Assembly (NCBI GenBank): GCA_010356995.1
Contig: ML996699.1
Coordinates: forward strand, 713,697-777,696
From: Trichodelitschia bisporula
Lineage: Eukaryota
Direction of reading: 5' to 3'
Length of the DNA: 64,000 nt
Shown here: positions 1-11,957 of the stretch, piece after piece
Layout of the letters: every line of letters begins with the position of its first letter
Numbering within the stretch: the stretch's first letter is position 1
Notes under the pieces: model-generated
The model's database searches: none
Seen by the model: only the letters and a program-made list of their open reading frames with translations
Told to the model about the DNA's origin: nothing
Program-made: the position numbers and the translations under genes

Positions 1-1709
1 GCAGGCTCCGTCCTGCGCCCCCCCAACTCCGCCCAAAAATGGCGCGACGCCGGTGCCCGCTTCGTAGGCGGCACCCTCGCCGGCGTCCGCTCGAAACTCG
101 GCTACCTATCCCGACTCGGCGTCGGCGGCGTGTGGCTCGGCCCCGTGTTAAAGCAGGTCCGCGGGCTGGAAACGTACCATGGGTACGGGGTGCAGGATTT
201 TCTGGCCGTGGAGAGCCGGCTGGGGACAAGGGAGGAGTTAAGAGAGGTGGTGAGGGAGGCTCATCGCGTGGGGATTTGTGTGGTGCTGGATGTTATATTG
301 AATCATGCGGGGGATGTGTTTGCGTATGAGAAGGAACGGCCGGTGTATGATGGGAGGGAGTATAAGGTGAAGGGGTGGTATGATGCGCGGCGCAAGGCTG
401 AGATTGCGTTCGGTCGTGGGGAGGTCGGGAAGGTAAAGGGGGTGTACCCGGATGGTGCGGTCTGGCCGGTGGAGTTGCAGGATCCGAGTTGCTGGACGCG
501 AAAGGGGCGGATTCGCGACTGGGATAAGGCGCCAGAGTATCTTGAGGGGGATTTCTTCGGGTTGAAGGCCTTGAGCCTGGGGGCGCACGCGGTGGATAAA
601 TTTGTTCCTACGCCCACGCTCAAGGCCTTGGTCGAGGTGTACAAGTTTTGGATCGCATACGCTGACCTCGATGGCTTAAGGATCGATACTGTCAAGCATA
701 TGGGCCATGGGCCGACGCGCTATTTCACCTCTTGTATAAAGGAGTTTGCGCAGGCGCTGGGAAAGGACAACTTTCTCATGGTAGGTGAGATTGCCGGTGC
801 AGGCGCGTTCGAGACCGTCGAAGTGACAGGTCTGGATGCAGCGCTGGGGATTGGGCACATGCAAGAAGCGCTGTGGAAAGTACCCAAGGGGCTTGAGGAC
901 CCGTCAGTAAGTGCGCTTCAGCCTCCCCCACCCGTCTGACAGCGTAGAAATACTTCTCCCTGTTCCGCAACGCCCCCTACAAGGAAAAGGGAAGCGGCCC
1001 TTGGTTCCGCAACAAAATCGTCACCATGATCGACGACCACGACCAAATCTGGCGTCTTACATCCAAGGGCCGCTTCTGCTCCGATCCTGTCGGCCAGAAA
1101 CTCATCTGTGCCGCGCTGGCGCTAAACCTGTGCACGTTGGGCATCCCATGCATATACTACGGCACCGAGCAGGGCTTCGACGGGGCCGGTGGATCTGGCA
1201 GCCAGGGACATCACTCGGACCAGTATATCCGCGAGGCGATGTTCGGCGGAGAGTTCGGAGCGTTTCGCACGAGGGATGTGCACTTCTTCCTTGAAGATAG
1301 TGAGATCTACCGCTTTATAGCCAATATCGTCAAGCTGCGCAGCGAGCACATTGCATTGAGGCGCGGGAGGCAGTTTCTGCGCGAGGTATCGTCGACAGGT
1401 ATTCGGTGGGGCTACCCAAAGATCAAAGGACAGCGGAGACGAGGCATTGTTGCTTGGTCCCGGGTGTTCAATGAGGTGGAGCTGCTGTGCGCGATTAGCA
1501 CTGACCCGGATAAGGCAACGGTGGCTTGGGTGGAGGTTGATCCTAGAATGAGTGCGGAAGGAAGTACCTTGGGTTGCTTGTATCCGGGAGGTGACGATGT
1601 CACTGTTCAGCGTAGGGGAGGCAGAGCGATGGTGAAGTTGATTGTTGAGGCGGGCAAATTCGTGGTGTATGGGCAGTCGAGCCATGTCGCAGTTTCATCC
1701 AAAATCTAG
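1..1709 (+). CDS. Glycoside hydrolase family 13 (alpha-amylase-like), 5' end outside the window; intron 907-947
   Basis: Open from base 1 (GGTLAGVRSKLGYL...VWLGPV...YHGY...DVILNH). Catalytic motifs DGLRIDTVKH, GEI and DDHD. The GTAAGT...CTGAC...TAG intron joins ORFs 130..939 and 1026..1709 in frame. Confidence 0.92.
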
Positions 1710-2600
1710 ACACAACTTGATAGATGACGAATGCGCAGTTCTCCGCGTGCTTGATGGGGCTTCGGCTTTAACAAAGCGTGACGGCATACTTCAAGTGGAT
1801 ATCGGTTAGCCGGGGATGATCGATCAGAATTTACGATGGCCAGAGATGAGTCGGAGACATAAAATGATCCAGACCCTAATGTGAGGATGCGTGGGCGCAC
1901 ATTCCTGTCTCAACGCTCTCCAATGAAGCTCCGAACCTCATCACCACAACCAGCACCAACGTCAAGATAGACTCTTTTATGGCGCTTCCCAAGCGGCAGC
2001 CCTTGGAGAGCGCCGGCACGTACCGGACGGCAGCGAATCATAACCCCAGACGCTGCAGATCTGTCAAATCTCGCTGGCTAATATCTCTTCGGATCAAGGA
2101 CTGGTCCAATTCGGCCATCGTAACACGAATGGGACGACAGTCCCTTCAGCTGAAGGCTCAAGAGCATCAATGTCTTGCAGCATGCGCTGCGAAACTCCAC
2201 TCATCAAGCTGCTCCGCATCCGGAGGCACCAGGAAGAAGCACCAAACACGTCGAAGATCAAGCTGCATGTGCAGGGATAAAAGAGGATAGAAAGTGTGGA
2301 GTTTGAAGCCACTATTCAGTTGTGCGCGCTCTCACTGGTTGCTTCGCTATCCCCTCGCCAAAAGTTGACCCGTGCTGTGCAGGCCACCCTGCGACGCCTC
2401 TTTCTCCAAGCAAACGGTAGCAACCGCGTCCTAACCTTTTCTCCTTCCCTGACAACCTTTCATTCAACCCCTCCACTCCTCCTCGAATCCATCGTTACTC
2501 CTCCTTGCAGGTGTTGTCCAAGCTCTTCACATTCTACCTCACCTCCTCTTGGATTAATTGCCGCTTCTTCCCCCACCCCTTTTCGAGTGCCGCCTTCGCG

Positions 2601-5600
2601 ATGGCAGACTCCACCGAAGAGACGACTCCGGTCAAGGCTCCGACCGTCGCCTCGGACAGCGACACAGCTCCCGCAAAGTCGTCTGCCATTGCTGAGCGGC
2701 TCAAGCAGTTCGAGAACAAGCACCCGAGTCAGAAGCCTGCGACGGCGACGACCGCACCTCCGAAGCGGGTGACCACCGCGTCGGCCTCGAAAACAACCCC
2801 TTCAACCACCCAGCGCTCGCCAACAGCCCCGAAGACAGCCAATGTGGCCCCTAAGTCATCCCTGGGTAGCAGCCTGAACAAGCCGCCCGCGCGTCCCACC
2901 GCAGGGACCACAGCCGCACGCCGTGGAACCGTCAACTCGAAGGCGTCAGCGTCGGACGCGGAGCTCCAGTCGCTCACATCGGGGGATGAGAAGAAGACTT
3001 CCAATGGCCTGAAGCGTCCGGCCGGAGCCGCTGGTACGCCTGGTTCTGCGGCTGCGGCTCGTGCTGCTGCTGCTAAGGCTCCTAGTACCGATCGGCGCAC
3101 TACACTCGGTTCATCGACCACTACTCGTCCTGCGGCATCTCGTCCGGGTGTTACGAGCCCAAGCAAGCCTCGTCCTCTGGTCGGTTCGACTGCGCGAGCT
3201 CCTCTGGCCTCGTCTACTCGCACTGCTCGGCCGGCTCCGAGCTCCACGGGGGCTAAGACAGCGGCTGCACCTGTCCGGAAGCCTACCACTGCGGCGGCGC
3301 CGTTGAAGACATCGTAAGTCTCACTTTACTGCATCTGTCCTTTTCGCCCCTTTAAGCTTGAAACGTCCCGTTCCGGGCTTGCAAACGGCATATCATCAGC
3401 GACGTTTCTTGCTCTGCATGTCCTTGTGCCGTCAAGCGCGAATAGGTACTAACCATACGTAGGACGTCCAAGTCGCTTGGGAAGGCCCCTGAACACTCTG
3501 GAGATGAGGCGGTTAGCAAGACAACCCATGGCTCGGCTGAAGAGTCTGCCCATATCGCAGAGCTGGAAACTAGGGTCAAGGAGCTTGAGGAGAAGAGCGA
3601 AGCCGAGAAGGCCAAGTACGAGGAGGCTGTCCGTGAAGAAGTTGAGGCCAGAACCAAGGATCTCAAAGAGCAGCTCGAAGCCCAGAAGGCCAAGTATGAC
3701 GAGGCAGTCCAGGCTCGCGAAGATGACAAAAAGGTTTTTAACCATCGGCTCACTGCTGCTGAGTCTGAAGTTGCTGATTCGGTTCGCTGCCAGTACATCG
3801 ATGACATGAACCAGCAGATCAACGAAATCAACAAGCTAAAATCGGCCATTAAGTCACATGAGGAAAATGCCGCCAGTACCGAGGAAGAGCGCGCCAAAGA
3901 GCGCGCCGACACTGCCGCGAAACTCAGTTCGTCCGAGGAGGAACTGTCGTCCTTCAAGGCTACACAGGAGTCAAAAGTCAAAGAACTCCAATCCGAGATC
4001 GAGAAGCTCCGTGAGGCTGCGAACGAGACCGCAGAACTTCGTGAAAGCAGGGATAAATCGGAAGCGACTGCTTCGAAGACCATCCAGGAGCTCGAGGCTA
4101 AGCTTGACAAAAAGGTTAGCGAGCTTGAGACTGCGAAGAAGGCGGCCGCGGAGTCTGCCGAGACGCAGAGCAAGCTGCAAGACAATCTTAAAACCCTGGA
4201 GCAGGAGAAGCAGGACCAGTCCAATGCCGGCAAGCAAGCCCTGGAAGACCTTCAGCAGGAGCTCATTGAGGAGAAGCGGAAGGGATCCGACAACCAACAG
4301 GTCATCGATGTGTTGCAGGCCAAGATCAAGGAGTTCGAGCAGGTTGAGGCCGATACAGCTAAGGAGCACGGCATGGAGGTCGAAACGCTTCAAAAGAAGC
4401 TTGAAGACACCAAGCAGCAGCTTGCGACGGCCACCGATGAAAAGACGGCAAAGGCTGATGAACTCAAAGAACTTCAGCCGATCATCAGTAAGCTGCAGGA
4501 TGATCTCAAGCACCGCGAGCAAGAGAAGGCCGATTCGGATGCGGTCATCAAAGAGCTTCAGGGGGATTTGGCCGGCCTCAATCGCCATGAAACGGACCTG
4601 AACGCCGAACTTGAGGCTAGCAAGGAAGTGAACGCTAGCCTCGAGGCTCAGGTCAAGGAGGCGGAGCAGAAGCTTGCAGTGGAACAGAAGAAGCGATCTG
4701 ATCTCCAGGCTAACCTGGAGTCATCCGAGGGTGCGCTTGCAGCTGAGACCCAGCGTCTGAAAGCGGAGCTTGAGCAGTTGACGGAGAAGTACAACACCGC
4801 CCAAAAGGAGCATCAGGCTACGTTGGCGAGCCTTAAGGAGGAGCACGAGACTCAGATCGCCAAGCTCAAAGGTAAGCACCGGACCCTGGGAGGTGGTCGA
4901 AAAGGCCTATGATACGCTTGGGTATTGTTCTAACATTGCTAGATCAACTTGAAGCTGCTACTAAGAACTGTGCCGAGCTGGAGAGCAAGACTTCCGCCCT
5001 TGAGAAGGAGATCGCCAATGTGAAGGAAGCTCGTGCATCTGACGTTGATAAATTTGCCACATCGGAATCTAAACTTGCCGATGCTCTCGCTGCCAACGAC
5101 AAGATTGTGAGCGAACTCAAGTCTAGCCATGCCGAGGAGCTTTCCACCGCGCTGAAAGAAACCGAAGCCCAAAAGGATGCACTTGAGGCATTGAAAACCG
5201 ATCTTGGCTCGAAATTCGAAACTGCCGTTGGTTCTTTGAAGGCCCAGATCGCTGAGCTTGAGGCAGCCAAGGGTAACCATGAGTCTGCCCTCCAGGATGC
5301 TAAGAAGACCCATAGCTCCGAATTGGCAGTCCTCCAGTCCGAGAAGGATTCCTTGCTTGCCGAACTCAACGCACTCAAGTCTAAGAGCGCGGAAGTCGAA
5401 AAGACGCAGTCTGCCTCGGAAGCCCAGCTCGCGGAGGCCCTCGCTGCGAAGGCCACTCTTCAGGACAAGCTCGCCACCGCTAAAGCCGGTCAGCGCTCCA
5501 TGGAAGACAGCCATGGAGAGTCTCTCCGCAAGCTGGAAGAAAAGCTGGCTGAGCAGGCGAAGCTTCACGAAGAAGAGACCATGGCTCTCAGCAGCAAGCA

Positions 5601-6491
5601 CACCTCCTCCCTTTCTGAGTCTGAAAAGAAGCACGAGACCGAGGTTGCCGCTCTTCGCTCGGAGCTCGAGGCCCAGGCATCTCAGAACGAGTCGCAGTCC
5701 AAGGCCGCCCACGCCAAAGCTGTGTCCGAGCTCGAGGAGAAGCTCAAGGCTAGCGAGACGAAGGCTAAGCAGGCCGAAGCCGAGTGTGAGAAGGCACGCA
5801 AAGATGCTAAAGCCGAGCTCGAAAAGCTCCGCAAGGAGCGTGATGAAGCCAAGGAAGCTGCCGAAGAGATTGGAGAGAAGGTCGTTGAGATCGCTACGCT
5901 TAAGAACGAGTTGGCGGAGAAGACCCAGCGGCTCAAGGACGCGAACGAGAAGCTGGACGCACGTTCCGTCGACGCGGAGCGCCTGGCGAAGCTTGATCTC
6001 GCCGCGAAGGAAGAGAAGGATCAGCTGCTCTCAAAGTTGTCGAAGTCGGAGACGACTTACAAAGCCCTGCAGCAGGAGCTGGCGAGCAAGAAGGAGGAAC
6101 TTACAAAGCTCTCCAGGCGGTCCCCGTCTCCGAGTCTCAAGGCCAGCAAGTGGGCCCAGAGCGAGGCCGGTCCCGACGGTTCCACGACCGGCGAGTCCGC
6201 TGCGGACGCGAGCGTTGCGTCTTCTCAGGTGGGTGACGATGAATCAGATGCATTCGAGGGAACTGTTAGACTCCCTCCCTATGTGGTGTCATTCCTCTGA
6301 ATTTTGAGTTCTGTTGCTGACCGGTGGTGTTTGCAGATGAATGAGGTGCTCGAGCAGATGGAAGCTCTGGAGGATCTTAATCTCCGTGCTCAAGCCGAGA
6401 ACGAAAAGTGAGCTTACCGTTGTTTGGCCCCAGACGCTGTGAACTGAAGCTAATGTGATGCAGCATGCTTCGGATTCTTTCGACCATGTAG
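2601..6491 (+). CDS. Large coiled-coil protein with an S/T/P/A-rich basic N-terminus, function unknown; introns about 3314-3462, 4872-4942, 6265-6336, 6408-6463
   Basis: ATG at 2601 (MADSTEETTPV). E/K/A/L heptad-rich ORFs 3806..4912 and 4909..6300 are joined by canonical splice sites; TAG at 6489-6491. Confidence 0.8.
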
Positions 6492-7668
6492 ATGCGGGTG
6501 CCTGAGTTCGGGGAGGCCTGCCTCCTCACAGTGATTCGCTACCCCGTGTCACGATGCTCAGCGCAGGTGAGTTTGGTATTCCAACAGAATATGGAACACA
6601 TCGGCAAGTCTGGTTATTTTTTTGTTCTTCTCTAAATCGCATCCGATTTTGCCTACAGGCGCGCAGGATGACCTGTCGTCGCCTTGGTTTGCTTTCTGAT
6701 GCTCTGTATCGTGGCCTTCGGATTTGTAGCGTTGCTCCAACGCCTGCTCAGATACCCCCTTAACTGCGCGCTGAATTACCAAAAGGAGATTGTTTTTCAA
6801 CTTGTGTGAAAGGTGCACGTACCGGTGTATAGGAATTGTACTGCTCTCATGCACGATGTCGTCTGCGCCGCGGTGCTTCGGTTTTGATGCTGATGCCCTG
6901 CTCACTGTGCCGGCTTCGCCGCCGCTTCTCTCACCGTCGTGTCAGACTACCTTTGTATTTGACCTCGTCGTCGAACGATACCTAAGGCATTTTCAACCTG
7001 TCATTGTGGCTCGACTACACTGTCCACCGTCGGTCCAAGTCGCCTCACCCATACCCGAAGGTGGTTCTTCCAGCAGCACCCAATGCTCCCCACCGCTCAC
7101 AGCTCCCCCACCTACCTGCCGTCCGCCGCACTGGACAGCCAACCAACGCCTCCTATTACCACCACAGTCCTCTCCACGTCTTGCTCCTTCCTCCCCGCCG
7201 TCTGCCCCGCTTCTGCTCCTTCCCTCCCTCCCCACTACCGCCCCCGTTGTCATCCGCGCCTTCCCCCACTTCCCCATGCTCCTTCCTCCCAACGGTGCCA
7301 TCCGGCCACCATTCAGCCAGTCTCCGTCCGTCGTGCCTTCCAACTCTGCACCTGGAATGCGTCACAATGACTGTGTTCCATTGCCCCGCATCCCATTCGA
7401 GTCGCCGATGACGCAAGTCTCCCTGTCGGAAAGTTCTCGCTAGCGCGAAGCCATGGGTATAAAAGGGTTTGCTCGCTGGTCTTCTTCTCCGTTTCTTTTC
7501 ATCATCTGTCAAACACTTCGCTGCCATCATCTCTCAATCCACGTCTCTCAATCCCACTTTCAATCCTCTCAATCCTCATCTCTCAATCCTCACCTCTCAA
7601 GCTCTTCAAGCAACCTTCCCTCAAACCCTTTGAGGCATCATCATCTCAAGCTCTTCGAGCTATATACG

Positions 7669-8841
7669 ATGCGGACCACTCCACCGTTCTATACCGCCAC
7701 ATGCCCTTGAGCGGCTTGCAAGGCTGTCCACTGTGTGGTCGTCCAACCTGCCCGAGAACCAGGCGGATAGTCCGGTTCGCATCATCGATCCAGACAGCCT
7801 TCGGGGGCCGGAGCCAACCGATCGTCCTTCAACAGCCACGGCCAACGACGAGGTTATCGCTTTCGACTCCCTTCATCGCCGCACACCCCTCGAGCCGCTT
7901 TTGCAACGCTTCGAGGCAGTCGGCGGCTTGTGCCATTTGAGAGCAATCGACGTCTTCTTTCCAGTCGACAACATAGACTCCATCAAACCGGGCGCCGCGC
8001 TGCTTTGCCGACATTTGGATGTATGCCTGTCACCCATACCGGACGGCTGACGCCCTCTGGAAGCGCGTGCTCACCCTGGCACCGAAGATAAAGCTGAAGG
8101 AAGCCGTGGAGCCTTTCGGTATCATCCGCATTGAACATTTCAATCTGTGGCCGAACCCGACCCATCCGAGCCTGTCCGACACGCCAGATACAAGCATGCC
8201 GCCTAGCCACGTGGGCTGGCTGCCTGGCTTCAACCCCAGCAGCGACGGGCCCATGGAGCTTGCCGTGTGGCATATGTGGGGTGATTTTTGTCATGATCGA
8301 TGATGTTGTCGAGTGAGAGCTTGCCAGCGCGGCGCCTCCCGCTGTCAAAGCTGTAGTGCCCATGCTCATAGATGTCGGAGTCGGAGCACCGCCGCAGTAT
8401 CTTGCCGTAATCCAGCTCAAGAACGGGCTGATGCGCGCCCTCCCTCTCATCCTCGACGTCGCCGGCCGAATGACCCACCGGGAACTGCAGCAAACTTTCA
8501 GCATTGGCTCCATTCACTATGTGATTCGGAATATGTGGGAGCGCAACAAACCGACCATCCTCGCCCGCATGGGGTGGCACCTCTGTGGACCTTCATATCC
8601 CGGCCTGGACGACGCAGCTTTGAGTCGAATGGCGATGCGCTCCATCAGCAACTCGCGTTGTGTCTGCCTCATCATCATCTGCCCGCTTCTCGCTCCCGAG
8701 TGGAGCACTTGCTGGTGCGTTCGGAGCCGCTGCCGAGGACCGGGACGAGTCTGTGGGCGTGCCTGCGCCGTCGGGAACACCTGTTACTTTGCCGCTGGCC
8801 GAGGCATTCGCGCTCAACAGCGTGCTTGCAGACGCTGGTGA
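7669..8841 (+). pseudogene. Disrupted arylamine N-acetyltransferase (NAT)-like gene
   Basis: Ordered motifs IAFDSL (cf. IPFENL), GGLCH (cf. GGxC), WHM..VIFVMIDD (cf. HMxxxVxxDG) and LIDVGVG (cf. LVDVGFG). Probable intron 8021-8063, frameshift near 8280, in-frame TGA 8314-8316, TATAAAAG at 7458-7465. The start position is uncertain. Confidence 0.55.
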
Positions 8842-9638
8842 CAGCGACGGCCCCGTCCTGCGACTGTCAACTCCCACCGACAGACCTACTACTGCTCGGT
8901 ATCGCGCCTCCACACATCACCTTGAATTCTATATACTCATCGCCCGATACCTCCGCATTCGGTTGCTCGGTTCTCAAAGCTCTCTGTAAATCGCTACCTT
9001 CAGTCGGTTCCGCAAAACGATATAAATGGATGGAATGGTGGAGCCATCTACCATCAAGCCTACCTGCGTCCATGCGGTGGAGCAGGTACAACTCGTGAGA
9101 CGTCTTTGCCGGTCGGCGGGCCTATGAAGCTATGCATGAGGAGATGGAGTATAATATTTCACAGGCTGGCAACCGCGAACCCAGGCGTCGGCGAACGACG
9201 TCACCTGGAGCTTCGTCAGCCGGCTGCCGCAGCTAGCCAGGACAACTAGATAGAACAATGAAAGTTTCACCCCACCAATCTCCTGCGTCACTCTCACAGC
9301 CGAGGCTCCAGAGATCCTTGGTATCATAATTGAGGAGAGAGTCCCGGTGAAGGGCATCGATGAGGTACTCACCCATGCTATCGTCGACGGAGCTCCCGCG
9401 GAAGGGGACGAGGCTGTATATAGAGTTTGACTGCTAGCTCGAGAGAATTGACTCAGTTGCTGTGGCTTTAAATCTGCTCTGTTGATGTGATATCTGCAAT
9501 TCTTCACGTATACCTTGATTTCATTACACGGTGTCAATCTTATGCCCTGTCTCACGTTCAAGGCAAGCTGTAGCGGCCTCTAGATTGTTTTAACATAACG
9601 ACACGACCTTACATTCGCTTGGTCTATCCCGGAAGCAC

Positions 9639-10859
9639 TCACTCCACTCTCTCGATCTCCTCAGGATACACCAACCCGCCCTGTTTGCGTACCTCATCCA
9701 TAACCTCCATAATCAACACACTCTCATCCCAGCCCTCCAACGCCCCCTCCTTCCTCCCCTCAATCACACACCTCGCCGCCTCATCCGCCTCCCAGAACAT
9801 CCCATGCCCCTCCCCCTCCGCATTCGTCGGCCCCCCAAACCCATTAAACCACTTACTCCCGATCCCCGGCCCGGGCTGCGCCCAATCCTTCTCCTCCACC
9901 GTCCCATCCAGCAGCACCACGCGCGTCTTGGTCGGCCGATACGTCGGCGGAAAAACCTGCACTTCGCCCTTAGGCCCCTGGATCCGCACGGACGGCGCAC
10001 TCCCCCGGCCCCCCGGGTCCGTGTCCACGCGCATCGAGGTAGTAGCGATGCCATGCGCGTCGCCGCCTGCGTCCTGCGCTCGGGGGAATACGACTACAAC
10101 GGTGCACATTTCGTCCGCGCCCGTCGGGCCGTAGTGCGCCATGGCACTCACGACGCGCGGCGGGGTTTGGCCCGTGCCTGCGCGCCAGAGGGCTGTGAAC
10201 ACCCAGGTTAGACTGTAGATGCCCATGTCGAGCAGGGCGCCGCCTGCGAGCGCGGGGTTGACCATCCGGTGCGCGCCGTCGGGGAAGGAGGTGTGCGGCT
10301 CGGTGGCTACGCTGCAGTCGGCTAGGACGCGGGTTACGGGCCCAAGGCGACCGGATTGAATAACCTCGCGCACGTACGCAGTGAGGGGGAAGTACCGCGT
10401 CCAGACTGCTTCCATGAGAAGCACGCCGCGCTCGCGGGCGGTCTCTACCAGGTGCCGGGCTTGCGCGGCGTTGACGGTTAGGGCTTTTTCGCAGAGGACG
10501 TGTTTCCCGCCGCGGAGGGCGAGGAGTGCGTTGGTGTAGTGGTGGCTGTGGGGCGTGGCGATGTAGACTATGTCGACGGAGGGGTCGGCGATTAGGTCTG
10601 CGTAGGAGCCGTAGGGTTTTGCGGAGGGGGGCGCGTTGACGGTGCGTAGGAAGGATTCGGCTTTGGATTGCGAGGAGGAGGAGGCGGCGGCCACCACGGT
10701 GTGGCGTAGGTTGGTTACGCCCCGCGTCGTGGGGTCGGTGAGTAGGTCGCGGGTGCTGGTGGGTTAGTGGGGTGTGAGATGGGGAAGGGGGACGTACAAG
10801 GTCAGCGCGATGCCGCCGGTGGCGAGGATGCCCCAGCGGATGGTTCTGGGCTCGGTCAT
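9639..10859 (-). CDS. Gfo/Idh/MocA family NAD(P)-dependent oxidoreductase (dihydrodiol/D-xylose dehydrogenase-like); intron 10756-10797
   Basis: MTEPRTIRWGILATGGIA Rossmann start, DIVYIATPHSHH, HVLCEK, MEAVWTRYFP, GGALLDMGIY. Confidence 0.92.
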
Positions 10860-11648
10860 TGCGATGGTGAGGTAGGCTGCGAGGTGATGGATACTGAGGG
10901 GAGGACGATGGCGAGAGAGAGGCTTTCACGATATCTTTTGAAAGGAGGGGAAGGTGGGGGGTCAAGGTGGGGTGAAGGGGAGCTCGGCTACGGTTTCGTC
11001 ATCGCGGGGGTAATCCTAGCTCTGTGCGATGCAACCCTCATCTTGCTTCCTCGCCTAGAATTGCCGATCTGATTCCATCGGGACGGAGCAGAGAGCCCTC
11101 AAACCTCCCTCACGGTATCTGAGCTGAACATAAGGTTTGGAAAGGCGGACCACAACAATGTGGCAGCTCTTAGATCCATCCTTGTGTTCTCACACCAACA
11201 GGTTAAGCATACTCGTATGCCTGAAGCAATGGATTGCAATTTGAACTGGCGCTGAAACTCCAGTTCAGTGAGGATGCCGCTTTGAAAGTCCCTAGAGGGG
11301 AGAGTCTGTCGAGAATTCGCCCTTTCTACGAATTGGATAGAACCAGAAACTTTGAGGAGAGACGCTACGTCCCCTAAATTCAGCAACACCGGTGGCACGA
11401 TACGCGCGGCCGCCGCGGCTTGGGCGCATACAGCGCCCAAGGACGATGCGTGGTGGGGCCGGATGCTGAGCTGAAGCGCGGCTGCATCGTGAGGCTGAAT
11501 ATTAGCGCGCTGAGTTTTCCCACCGAGTTTTCATACTGTGCTGGAAGTGCTTTTGAACATCGGCGATTTCGTCCCAGCTCGTCGTGACGAATGCTCCAAG
11601 CAAAAAGAAAACTCCCCAGCCACGGAATGGAAGGGAGAAAAAGATATG

Positions 11649-11729
11649 CGACAGTGACAGGATTCGAACCTGTGCGACCGAAGCCATATGATTTCTAGTC
11701 ATACCCATTAACCACTCTGGCACACTGTC
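11649..11729 (-). tRNA. tRNA-Ser (anticodon AGA), intronless
   Basis: The reverse complement GACAGTG...TATGA-CT-AGA-AA-TCATA...GGTTCGAATCC...CACTGTCG has a paired acceptor stem, D-loop (AGTGG), long variable arm and T-loop. Confidence 0.96.
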
Positions 11730-11957
11730 CTTTGATGAGAAGAGAAGCTTAAAAGCAGTTCATGCCCGGGAAGGCAAGCTCGTCCGGCGACAAGCTGAAA
11801 GGGAAGCAGTTCACGATATGCCATGAGTTGAACGTCAGATTGGCTCTGTCAAGCAGTTAATGCATTCATTTCATCGTAAAACCGCAATACCAGATATCTT
11901 CAGCAACCGAAATAACGCCCGCATTCAGCACTCTATCCACCCGTGCTTAATAACCCT

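Noticed and set aside
3352..6307. Long antisense and alternate-frame ORFs over the coiled-coil gene (similar ones overlie SNF2, ENP2 and SCP160)
   Set aside because: Expected shadows of GC-rich, codon-biased genes; no independent motifs.
6790..7443. 217-aa Pro/Ser-rich ORF
   Set aside because: Non-ATG start in low-complexity C-rich intergenic sequence; no domain evidence.
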